From assembly GCA_973895155.1 (NCBI GenBank), contig OZ316893.1, forward strand, positions 19,782,857-19,846,856: a stretch of DNA of 64,000 bases, written 5' to 3'. Every line of letters begins with the position of its first letter. Positions within the stretch are counted from its first letter, which is position 1. This document shows positions 52,678-64,000 of this stretch, one piece after another. Source of the stretch: Marsupella aquatica (Eukaryota; Plantae; Marchantiophyta). The position numbers and the translations under genes were made by a program. The notes under the pieces were generated by a model. That model ran no database searches, had not been told where the DNA came from, and saw only the letters and a list, made by a program, of their open reading frames with translations.

Positions 52678-52846
52678 CGGTGAAGCCGACTAGTATCATT
52701 TGTGTTCTCTTGGCAGATATGGATTGCAGGTAGGTGATCGATGGGGCTCACTTGCACCCGGCCTCCTGATCTTCACACCTAAAAAAGTGTATATCAACCT
52801 TGTAGAACTCATGGCTAGCTAGAGTTAGGGGACCTTACTCCCAGCT

Positions 52847-52856
52847 AGGGGGGCGA
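52847..52856 (+). promoter_or_regulatory. Polypurine tract of the gypsy element
   Basis: AGGGGGGCGA ends 1 nt before the TGT that starts repeat A1. Confidence 0.75.
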
Positions 52857-52857
52857 T

Positions 52858-53299
52858 TGTGGGTTTTGGACATGTGTGGACATGAGTTCCACTTGTATTC
52901 CATTCTCTTGTATTTGTGCTCAGGGGTCTCACTATACGGATGCCTCCCTATCACCTGCGACGTTTTTAGGCCTCGGACCCCCTAAAATGTAAGAAATTTT
53001 TTTATTTTTTCAACCCCTATAAAGTTGGAATATTCTTGGAATATTCCAAAATTTTGGTTATAAGGACCCTAAGTCTTCTTATAAGTCTCAAAATTGGATT
53101 TAAAAGACCCTATTGTTCTTCTCAGTAAATTCTTAAGTCTTCCCTTTGAACCAATAAAATGACCCTATACTTCGTCGCACGTGATATGCCATTTTTGTGG
53201 AAGTGAAACCCCCGAGTATTTGTGATGTGGCAGTGTGACTATGTCTGGATGTATGTGACAAGCGATGTATGTTGTGTAGCGATATGTATGCGCACGACA
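52858..53299 (+). repeat. Repeat A1 (U3-like, 136 bp, interrupted by a MITE)
   Basis: After removing the 298-bp insert and one 8-bp duplication it equals 53633-53768 in length and sequence. Confidence 0.93.
52919..53216. mobile_element. 298-bp MITE with 8-bp target duplication (hAT/P-like)
   Basis: TIRs CTCAGGGGTCTCAC / GTGAAACCCCCGAG (12/14 match), TSD TATTTGTG (52911-52918, 53217-53224). The empty site is visible in A2. Confidence 0.92.
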
Positions 53300-53301
53300 G
53301 T

Positions 53302-53631
53302 TGTCACACCATTCTGAGTAGTGTAGTAGTATATCGTGCTATTAGAGTATGTACGTTTGGTATGAGTGCTATTGGAGCCGATAAGGTTCTGTCAGGTTTG
53401 TGTGAGAGGGTACTTCTCACTTGTGAGGCATTGAAAGGTCATCTTTCAATGTTGAGCCTTGGAAAGAGAGGAGCTTGAGTGTGGCTATGGTGGCTGTGAG
53501 CTCCGCTTGTGTAACGTGGATTCCTTGAGTAGTGCAAGGTGCGTTGGCTTGACATACGTGTGTGATCGGATCGGTGCGGGATCGATGGGGTATTGTTGAC
53601 CGAGATCGTTGTGCCGATTGTATGGAGATTA
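53302..53631 (+). repeat. Repeat B2
   Basis: Copy of B1 lacking the last CA. Separated from A1 by GT and from A2 by one T. Confidence 0.95.
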
Positions 53632-53632
53632 T

Positions 53633-53768
53633 TGTGGGTTTTGGACATGTGTGGACATGAGTTCCACTTGTATTCCATTCTCTTGTATTTGTGATGTGGC
53701 AGTGTGACTATGTCTGGATGTATGTGACAAGCGATGTATGTTGTGTAGCGATATGTATGCGCACGACA
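53633..53768 (+). repeat. Terminal repeat A2
   Basis: Uninterrupted copy of A1. Ends ...GCACGACA followed by GGGT. Confidence 0.95.
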
Positions 53769-54169
53769 GGGTATCACAAAAATTATGGACTAGATAAAAA
53801 TCTCTTAGGTATTGAAAGGTATTTGAGCATTAATATGGACAATAATAGCCCCTCAAAACCCAAGCTGAAGCCCTCATTTGCTTGGGGCATTATGGCTCAC
53901 AATGCTTTGTAAACAGGACCTTGAGGTTGGAGTCACACACTGCGCTCTAAAGTTAGAAGTTGGTTGCAAACAATTGAGGTCCAACAAAATCAAAGAACAA
54001 CCTTGTTGGATTTTGGACAGATTGATATTCAACAGCAAATGCCATCCTGGTTTCCTGGCCTTAGAGCATCCCCACCCGTACCCCATAGGCAGTCACTATT
54101 GGCCAAAGGGGCAAGGTGGATGAGCACTGGCGGGCCTGGGCAGTAGACTGATCAGGCAAGGTTCTCAAG

Positions 54170-54935
54170 ATACTCAGGTCTATGGTTACTCAAAAACTCA
54201 TGTAGTGCAACCCTGGGGTTCACGCTCTTAGATGTTTGCCCTCATGCCTGTTTTTACTTAGGTGAATTTAAAGGGCAGCTCATACTCAAGTGTATGGTTA
54301 CTGGAAACCTCATCTATTACAAGCCTTTGGGTCCCAGTCTTATATGCTGCCCTCATGCTTGTTTTCACGTAGGTGATACGAGTGTGTGTTTCCATGTGAT
54401 AAGAGAGCGACCTCCAGTTTTCTAAGTGTCAAATCTTTAGTGTGCAAATGGCTTTCATGAATCCACTTTGGAATGGGGTTTGTGCAAAAGCTGATTGATT
54501 TATGAATTTGAAGTCAGACCCTCACTTGCCGCAATGAAGATTGGTACAGTTGGGGCTACGCTTGCTGGGACAACTAATGCCTAGCAAACTGCTATGGATT
54601 CCACATGGCAAGGAATGCTGATGTGGAGTGCTGTTTTTGTCTAGAATTTTAGACTGCCTCTGGAGCTGATCCAAACTTTCCATACTTTGGAGAGATTTCC
54701 ATTTATTGAAACATTTTAGCTCTAGAGTCTATCTTTAGAACAAGAAGTGGCACTGAGGTTTTAGGTGTTGAGTCCATCTATATAACAATGCTGACATGGA
54801 GTGCTCATTTTGTCTAGAATTTTAAACCACCTCCAAATATTTCCAACTTTGGAGGGATTTGCGCTTGTTGAAGGAGTTTGGTCTAGAGTCTTCTTTAGAA
54901 GACGAAGTGGCACTCAGGGTTTTGGGTGTGGAGTC
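54170..54935. repeat. Two diverged tandem duplications
   Basis: ATACTCA...TATGGTTACT...TGCCCTCATGC twice (~110-bp period) and ATGCTGA..TGGAGTGCT...TCTAGAGTC...GAAGTGGCACT twice (~175-bp period). Confidence 0.65.
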
Positions 54936-57900
54936 TATTTTACACAAGAAGTGACACTCCAGTTTTCGTTGGTGACAATACACAAGTGCCCAAGTCTTGT
55001 AAAGCCATCTTAATGTATATCTTTTAGAAATATATTGTTGTCACCCAGTTCGTCGAAATAGGACAAATATACTGAACGATTTGTCAGAAATAGGTCTCGT
55101 TGAACTGCTAGTTGTCTTGTCAGCTATGGTGGGGTGTGTGCACCTTTCTCTTATAAATAGGTTGGAAATCAATTTCGCTGAAGCTTGAGAATCGAAAGGA
55201 CAATTTCACTGAAAGAGCGACAACAAAGTACAACAAAAAAACTGCAGGAAAAAGTCCAGAGAGAAACGACGAAATCCTAAGGTTGTGTGAAACAAAGCCA
55301 AAATTTGATGACGACAGTTCCGAAATATTGTCGATGAAAACAAGTGTTTGTTACATTCGCTTATCTTTGTTTCGTTTGGGGAAGAAGCATGCTCTATCTC
55401 GTGAGTTCGGCTGAATTCTGTATGCCAACCAGCCATGAATCCTATCCATAGTCTATGACTCTGCAGGTCAGTAAAGTCGCGAATTCGATGCGGTGGAGTT
55501 ATTGTTTGCTTGGTACACAACTGACCTGGATCTCGTCATTAAATTGACCCGAATCTTGTTTTCTACTGGGATTTATACCCTAATAAGTTGAATCTGCACA
55601 ATTTTGTAAACGTGTGCGTTATCCGATACATATAGGGAATGACTGTCACGTTAGTCACGTGGCATTGGCAAGTGCAAGTGAGGAAGAATTGGCTCCAGTG
55701 TAAACGACCAGAAAAGTACAAGAACAGCATCATATGGAGGATCACTCAAGTGACGAGACTCGTCGAACAATCAGCCAATCAGTGTCGGAGGCGGAAATGT
55801 TGTGCTCAATCTCAGCGAATCCAACAGAAAGATTTAGCCAACAGGTTGTAGTGTGTGACATTCCTTTGGCGCTTAATCAATTTAAAGCCAGCCCTGGTCT
55901 CCTCAAACTTCACGCCCCCGAGATTTCAGCCTCTTTCAACTTCTCGCACACCCAGACGAGCCTCACGACCAGCTGGGACAGCTAAAAACAGGACGACTGG
56001 ATAAAATGGAAAATGGTAGAGTCTGTACAGTTAATTTCTGAGCTCAAGTTTGAACTTATCATCTTTTCTCTTCATGGTACCTTTTGCGGGAAATGCACTC
56101 TGACTGTGAGCCTGTGTTTGCACGTTTCAAACTTTGAGCTGATATCCATTCTTGACCAGCATGATCAATTTCTTTCTTCTGGGACACGTAGGACAATTAT
56201 AGCCAGGCTTATCAAACTTGCATGAGCTGACTTTCACAATATTTTCATCACCCGGGTTTCCACAAGGTGATCTGCGTGTGCATCTATCGAACAGCTACAA
56301 TTGGCTGATTGTGAAGGACTCCATTCATTCCTTCAAATCGCCTTGTAGCTCATTTCAGCTTGACCTTGAATTGGAACAAACAGACATGGTTGATATCATC
56401 CGGATGAACTTAATAACCTTGCCAACCCTAGAACCAATGGTTGCTTGAAACATGCATGATTGATGATACATAGGGTTGGAACTCCACATTGCCAGTTTGC
56501 TTGTACGTAGGAATGTATGCAAGAGCATTGATCAAAATCCTTGCAATGGCTGCAAAAAGAATCTAACTGACACCATCCCTTGATACTGCTACTTCTGTGT
56601 TTACACTAAAAGCTGGCAACTGTTCGACATGATTCTGAATGACAAACAATACAATGCTGCAGGAAATTGGTGCATCCTACGTGGGGATTCCTATGTCTGC
56701 CTTCTTGGCTTGCAGTTATGCTAACCGAATTACAAAAGCATTTAATGATACTCCTTCAAATCGGTGCACTTTAAATGGGGAAGGAATGTATGATACTAAA
56801 ACGATAACAGTTTTGAAAGGCTGTCATTTGGTCATTTGGCTTCCATTGTACTTAAGACCCATAAGAGTCGTCTCTCATCAAGCAGAGAATTTAAAAGTTA
56901 CTTCATTTCAAAAAATAAGCAAGGTGAGGTTCCACTTTTGACCATCCATGCCTCATAAAATATTTGAGCATGCGAATGCAACAGCAACAGGAAATTGTTA
57001 ATCTGCTGTCTTGACCAAAGACGGGGTTTTTTGCTCCACAGTATATATTGCTCACTGGAGAAACAGGATTGCTCACCCGGCACTGGTCAACAGGTGTTCA
57101 ACTTGTTGGCTTCTTTTTGCAGTAATCTATGGTCTTTGCAAGCAACAATCGTCCTTGCCACAGCAGGTGTATGGACACCATAACGAAGTCAATGATGGGC
57201 CTCTTGTTCTTGTTTTTGCCCCTTGAAGTTTCATATTATTAGTTGCTGAGGTAGGTGTCAGAATTGATTGGAACCCCAACTTGGCTTGTGCTTATCTCAT
57301 TTTAGCCCATTACACTAGGTGATCAATAAAAGGAGATGCTTGTTTTGGTCCATTGAAGTTGCATATTAATGTTGGTGGTATCCGAACTGATTAAAACCCA
57401 CTTGGCTTGGGAGACGATAAGACCAACTTCAAACGAACTCTTCATATTCTTAGAACAGATTAATTGAGTACCTGCTTGTGGCAGAGATGATAGGCAGTAA
57501 TGCAGGGCACTGCCACAAGCATAAATACAAACTGACAGAGGTGCTAGCCATAGCAGCTGTTGCGAGTCATACGGAGTGCAGGGCTGTGAAAACAGAATCG
57601 AGATCTGCTGATTTGAAGATCTTCTCTTCACGGTTTGATTGACCCAGGACTAAGAATTATGACTCGATTCAACACCGTGAGGAGATCAATGAAAGGAGAT
57701 AAGGGTGTTGAATGAAGTCATTATTCTCAGTCTCAAATTTCAAACCTAAAGTCCAGATTACGCTTTTGCGCCCTTTTGGCTTCTGGTTTACTGAATAGGG
57801 TAAGGATCTTCGGGGCGTCTCGAATGATGGAGATATAGTGAGGCTAATAAATTACATCCAGTTTCAGGGCATTGAAGATAGAAGTTAGGTGTACGGAAAA

Positions 57901-58678
57901 ATGGAATTCAAGCGACGAGTAGTTTCTGTCTAGTACAAGCGTTAAGACTGAAGGGAGAACATCAGTGATAACTTTCGAGAACTGAATGATGGTTCAACAA
58001 TGGTGTCCATGTAGTTTGGTGAACAGTCCCATGCAAATATGTGAAAGAATTAGAGCCATCTTTCGGCTAAAATTAGCGATCAGACTGATAAAACTGCATT
58101 TAGCGAAATATTCTAAGATTCCAAAAGGGAAGCCCAGAGACTAATGTCCCCGTTTCAACGATTCAACGTTTCTTCAGGTTGTCCTAAGAGGATTATGCTG
58201 CTATGTCCTCTAAGACATAAATAGGTGGCATTTTCGGTCTTCTCATATCATTTGAACTTTAATTACCTGTACCAATTATTATGGCAGGATAACTGAATCG
58301 ACTCAAAACACAAATATTGCTGGTTGAATTCACATATTCAGTGTGTTGCGGGGAAATCGATGTTGTAAACAGTTTCCACATTAACTTGTGGTCCTCTAAG
58401 TACACCCTTGTAGGTCTGACCACAGAGCTATTTTTGCAGCTGTCTCGTAAATGTTTCACAGATCGGATATTCATAGTTCTCGCCAGGCTAACAGCGTCAC
58501 AATGACAAGTTTGGTTCTCTACTTTGGCAAAGACGCTTGGAACAACTCATCCGGTCGGATCGGTTTCTGTATCGTTGAGGGAAAACTTCAATGTCAAGTA
58601 TGTCATGTTCTGGTTTGCTAAAATTTATCTTTTCTCCGTTAGGTCATGGCGCTGTTGAATATAAGAAATTCAATATTG

Positions 58679-58723
58679 GTTCTGTTCTGTTCTGTTCTGT
58701 TCTGTTCTGTTCTGTTCTGTTCT
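58679..58723 (+). repeat. (GTTCT)n microsatellite
   Basis: Directly visible, about nine units. Confidence 0.95.
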
Positions 58724-60770
58724 ATATTGGTACTGTTCCTCAATTTAAGCATGCAAATCCAAAGCATTCATTCTGTCACGTAAAGTAGAAATGCCCTTTC
58801 AAATATCAATTTCAGTGCCAGCTTTCGATGGCGGCACCTTCATTGCTGTCGATTCCAGCTCGCTAGATTAACCGCGATTCTTTGTTCAAAACAGTTCAAC
58901 TCAGGCTGCACTCAACTGGGCTAGTTTCGTTTTGTTCTCCATGTTCAAGTTTTGCTCTTTCCAGCCTTCAAAAGGAAAGTGCAAACGGCGTCAATCTAGG
59001 GAGTTCAAGAATCTTGATCATCTCCAAACTGAAATTTTATATTCCGTTCCAAAATTGCAGCGGTAAAGCAAATTCAAATTGCCTGCAAGAGACGGACTCT
59101 GTTGGATGGGTCAGCTTTCGGTTTCAAGGCAAAAAAAGAGACCGACTGTGTCTTTAGGTGCGTCTTTCCTGCGCATCTGCCTCATAAAACAAATTCGGAC
59201 TGCCCCTTTCCATGGAATCATTTCGGCCACCATCGACTTAAAAACTACGATGATACCAAAAGTACCGATTCCCAGAACATCATGAAAAGGACCTGACGAT
59301 TCAGACGGGATTTTAGCTTCCCTGCCTGCGCAGATTGGAACGGGCAGCACGCCTCTCCCGAGGTGCCTTTTTTCCTGCTTTTTCACAGAAGTTATCCGTG
59401 AAAGTTATCCGTAGGCGCCACGAATGGTGGAGCATATGTGACGGAGGGAAGGGCGTGAGAGTGATCAGAAATCGAAATTAATAATCTTACTTCACGATTG
59501 CAAGATAGCAAAACGCAATCCATTATAACAACCCTCTCCGAATTCGGTGGAGGACGAAACTCGCAGCTATGGCAAAAGGAGCTTTTAGAGGTTTCCCAGC
59601 TCGGACGGGATAGACCCAAACATAACCTGACCGGGATTCGCTAGTCCCAAACACTATTCAACTCGAATGGAATGGATCTAAATTTGACTCGACCCGAATG
59701 GATGGTGTGGAGTCCACGCCTTCGAGTAAGAGATAAGACGCAAGAGGGAAAGTACAGAGGTAGGCGGGAAGGCTGGAAGGCTGGACGTCACAATCGAGAG
59801 AATCAAAGTCGAGAGAATCGAAGCAGAGACGATATCGGTCAGCTTCACTATTCTCGGGCTAACGATTCTTTCGATTTTCTTCTTTGGTGGTTCCGTAGGT
59901 TGGTTCCCAAAGTGACGTTGAAGTGGATCTTAAAAACACCACACGAAACTCATGAAATTCACAGGCGAAGAAGTCACCAGGCTGGCTTGACATTGGGAGG
60001 TTTCAGGTCCAAGCTAGGCAGCTCGTTGCAGTTCAGAAGTCCATCGCTGGACCTCGAAAGTCGAACACTGCAGGTCTGAGATCTATTCCTTGAGAGTCGG
60101 GTCATCGACTATGTTGAGGTTGAACAGAAAGTTCATGAATCCTTCCAAGCACAATCATCTCTTGCATTGCATTAGGACGGCTGTATCCAGACACTGGCCA
60201 AGTGACTGCGGACTTTGGAATGACCGACTGCCGTTTTGAGAGTGAATTCCTCCGTCAGTGACCTTTTGGATTAATTGAACAGCGAGCATCTAATTCATCG
60301 TGTGCTCTTAGCGGGCAGGGCATGGATCCCAGCCAAAGGTCTGAGGACAACAGACTGCACTGCATTGGCCTGTCTCAACATCGCTCTCCAATTCTTGCAC
60401 GCTGATCTTTATGGTCTCCTTGTGATCCGCCAAAGCTATTGAGTTGACTGTCCTTTTACACACAATCATGTTGAAGTTTTTGGGGAAGAAACATGGTTCC
60501 CCATTATTCTTGCATGAGTTGGGGCAGAAGCTTCTATCTAGGATTCTTTGCGTTGTGTAATTCACCCCCAACAAGAATGTTCTTTAAGTTCCATCGGCCA
60601 GACTGAGCAAGGAATCAAAGTAACCCCGGGCACGACCTGAGAACGCAAGGTAACCGTATTTTTACACAGTCATGCGACTGAATCCCTCCCCATCCACGTC
60701 ACACAATGTCAACACTGTGCAGGTCTCCTCTTCGAAAAAGGTAATAACGCCCACACACAAAGATGTCGTC

Positions 60771-61237
60771 GAGAGATGCTCGACTTTGGAACAGTGCCAG
60801 AGATGCTCGACTTTGGAACAATGCCCGTTAACTTTGGAAAAATGTCTTCGCAAGGCTGCAGCCTGTTAGCGGAAAGCACTCTTCATCGGATAGATTCTTT
60901 CCCTCGAATCATTTCAAAAAGTCCCACACGGAAACGATTCTGTACTTTCGAACAATGCACACTTCGGAACAATGTCTTTGCAAGGCAGCAGCTGGATGGT
61001 GCACATGCAATGGAACGAAATCTCCATGGAATCGATTCCCGACCTAGAAACAAGGCCCACGTTGGAACAATCTCGTTGCAAGGCACCAGCTGCATGTTAC
61101 GGAATAACGGAAAGAAATCTCCGTGAAACACTCTTGAGTTTGGAACAACGCCCACTTTGGAACAACGTCTCAGCAAGGCAGCGGCAGCTAGATACGGGAG
61201 AGACGGAAAGAAAAGAAATCTCCATGGAATAGATTCT
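60771..61237. repeat. Diverged tandem repeats
   Basis: GAGATGCTCGACTTTGGAACA twice, TT(T/C)GGAACAA..TCT..GCAAGGC about four times, GAAATCTCCATGGAAT.GATTC twice. Confidence 0.7.
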
Positions 61238-64000
61238 TGGCTTTTGAACAAAATCATTCCAGGGCAGCAGGAGGGCAGCAGCAGAGCAGCATGTGAACGG
61301 AAAGAGAGAACCTCGATAAAATTGGCTTCTGTGCATCGATTCTGGGCCAACAGAGCACAAACACGAGGGGAGAAAAGCGCATCATTCAACAGCCTCAAAT
61401 TCCTGGGGTCCAAAAAATATCAGCCCCCGACTCTGCAAGCAGCATGCACGTTCGTCACGGATGGCAGACGTGGATCGAGCGAATTGGGTAGAGGCATCTC
61501 TGAGATCAGTCTGCCTTCTTTCGTGGCAAGAAGCAGCCAGAATGCCTGGCTGTCCGGTTTGGATCATTCGGGGACAACATTGTGACTTGTGAGGACTGAG
61601 GCTGCTGAGGAGGACTATCATTGCCCGATTATATGCTCTACTCCACTCCCTCCGCCATGGGCGGACGAGCGGACGAATGGAGACCTCCGCACAGACTTAT
61701 TATTACTATTATTATTCCCTTCCAAGCTCCAGCCCCACCACCGATTAGCACCGTCAGACGAGACCAAGAAAAATGGTTAGAGATAAGGAATCTACTTTAT
61801 CTTCTTCGTGTGACCTTTTATTATTTCTGTTCTCTCGAAGCACATGAACCCCTTTTGCCACTCTGTACACCTGTACGCCTCCCAACTCTCATCTCTCATC
61901 TGCCTGCTCGAATGTATTTCTCAGCATTCACGGATTCTCATATTCGCATCATCTGCCACACCCCACACACTTTCCACGCTTGCTGGAGAACCTTCTGCTA
62001 AGGTTTTTCAGCTGAACTCTAGTCCCAACATAAACGTGTTAGGGGTCTAAAACCTCACAACTTGATGATCCTTAGCTACCACTGTAGATTAATTGCTGTT
62101 ACCTTAATTGCTAGGTGGTTCCTGTAGCTACCACTGTAGGTTAAGGACGGAAATTTTGTTAGACTGCCAACTTTATAATTCGTAATGTTTAGCTTAAAGG
62201 ATGAGTATGTGCCCCATAGGTCACTCACGGCTGAAACAAATTAAAAGAAAGCTTTTACTTAGGCCAAAAGCCATTGCATGTAAGGATGCAGCTTTGAGAC
62301 CCCCTAACATTCCAACTAGCCTGATGCCCATGAATTCTGTAGTATGGTTGGCAGGAAGTGAGATGGCCAAGCAGTTGCATGTGGCTGGGAGTCGGGCAAG
62401 TTGGCACCGCAACTGGATTTCAAGAGGGGTTTGAGCTGCGGGAAGAGTGACAGGTTGGACATGGAAAATATGCACTATGACACCTTTAGGTCCATCTCAT
62501 AGTTAGTAAAAACTTTCACCATAATTGAAGAGTCTAGGGTGGCTTCTTGCAAGAACAACACTTTTTAAACAAATAATGAGAAAGAAAATGAGATAACAAT
62601 CTATTATAGTTGTTAGATCACGAAAGATAAAAAGTTCCATGTGGCCATTATGTTTCACAAGTTTTTTACTGATTTATAAATTTTGGTGGAAGTTACTTTA
62701 CCAATTGAACTCTTACGGAACACTTTGAAGTGTTACAGTTTTACTCAAATACTACCTTTTCCGTGTATAAATGGCATCATACAACCGTTTTTGGGGTAGA
62801 AAAAAGCTTGGTCTATGGAATCCCGAGGTCAAATGCTTGTGGTCCATCTGAGCATCAACTTCTAAATCTTAGAGTAAAGTGCAATAAATTCCAGCTGCAA
62901 ACGACAAAATAATCTTTTGTGAGAAAGCAGCAAGACTGTAAGGGGAATGATGGATGATACCAAACGTGTCCAATTCTTAAAGAAAGGAACTATCTTTGTG
63001 GGATTTATTAGAAAATTCTTCGTTGGCCTTATAGGGGCTTGAACATGTGCCTTGACTGTAATATTTGTAACCAACCCAGCCATATCCACTTTGTCCTCCA
63101 GTCCACTTTTTAGCTCAGAAAGTACAGAAAGCTCAAGTGGCCAGAGGTGACTTGACACCAATAGGCATCGACTTCAATTCCCGACAAAACAGTTGCAACT
63201 TTGCTCCTTACATGGGTTCTCCTGCAAACCACCTTAGCCTCTTAGGCCTGGTTGATGAATGTGCTTTGCAGCGCATGCACTTCTACTACTCGTAGGAAAT
63301 AAATAGGAATATAGAAAGCAGGGGAGTTCCCAGCTCGCAAGCCAGTTGCAAGGATTGCTCGAACGTGATTTCACCTTTTAAAAAGTATGGAAAAGGTGAA
63401 AAGTAAAAATCCATTCAGGACCAAAGAAAATGTTTTCTAATACATAGTATACATTCAAGAAATAATTTGGCTGCATAAGGTTCTTCTTTTTTCTGCCCCC
63501 GAAACCCCACACGAAAGGCAAGGCTGTCAGATAAGTTAGCCTCCAAGGGAGGAGGCAACCTCGAAGATAAAGGCCAAAGGGGCCAGCACAAGGGGGCAAA
63601 CAAGGCACAGGCAACCAGGAGGACGCCAGCAATAAGTCCCAAAGGGGGGACAAGGGAAAGAACCAGCAAAACAACAATGCATGAGCCACTCCAGCAATTA
63701 GTGTTACTCATGCTGATTTGTTGCACTATTCACCACAAATTTGTGCTGCTTACACTAATTCAAATGAAGCAAATTTTTGGCTACACTCAATAAAATTTGC
63801 CGAAAGCATTTTTTTTTTTTGGCCTTTAGGCTATTGTTTGTTTTATGCTCTTATTATTACTAAACCGCTTATTCAAAGGAGTTTTCTCCACCAGCTTTAT
63901 TAAAACAAAGCAAGCACACTCGATTAGGATGCAAAGATTGGTACTTCTTCATTCATGGATAAGATCATATCCATCCACACGTTAAACCTTTTCGTTCTAT

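Larger units (their letters stand above)
45760..52683 (+). pseudogene. Single-frame Gag-PR-DNMT-RT-RNaseH-integrase-PHD polyprotein broken by six in-frame stops
   Basis: ORF-track pieces starting at 45568, 45931, 49078, 49603, 50437, 50623 and 51142 share one frame. First in-frame ATG at 45760. Motifs: CDHCGAPGHTKDRC knuckle (46750), LLDTGA protease (47716), LPFGLKNAP and YIDD (50248), TDWS..TDH..DGLSR RNase H, H-H-CVVC, and SLDF/TDQG/AERVV integrase DDE. Confidence 0.95.
43913..53768 (+). mobile_element. Ty3/gypsy-type retrotransposon carrying a C5 DNA methyltransferase and a PHD finger, with split terminal repeats
   Basis: Ends TGTC...GACA with GGGT duplicated on both sides (43909-43912, 53769-53772). 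Domain order PR-RT-RH-INT. Repeats arranged B1...A1-B2-A2. Confidence 0.95.

Noticed and set aside
43913-53768. Classification as a DIRS/PAT/Ngaro tyrosine-recombinase element because of split repeats and a methyltransferase
   Set aside because: It encodes an aspartic protease and an HHCC/DDE integrase, no recombinase is visible, it has a TSD, and the methyltransferase is C5-cytosine type rather than the adenine type usual in DIRS.

Overview
Eukaryotic nuclear DNA from a land plant, probably a bryophyte (an atpE plastid fragment reads like moss/liverwort AtpE). Two intact intron-containing host genes are on the + strand: a TIFY8-class TIFY/ZIM gene (~26.3-28.9 kb) and the splicing factor SPF27/MOS4/BCAS2 (37.7-39.7 kb). 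The rest is transposon-rich: a decayed Ty1/copia element (6.3-11.7 kb), an atpE NUPT, two MITEs, two copies of a SINE-like element and several tandem repeats. The standout is a recent 9.86-kb Ty3/gypsy-type retrotransposon (43913-53768). Its single reading frame encodes Gag, protease, a C5 cytosine DNA methyltransferase, RT, RNase H, DDE integrase and a C-terminal PHD finger. It has no tRNA primer site but a probable self-priming one. Its terminal repeats are not two LTRs but a split arrangement (B...A-B-A), opened at an internal GACA-GT-TGTC site and flanked by a 4-bp target duplication. All calls come from manual reading; no database search was run.
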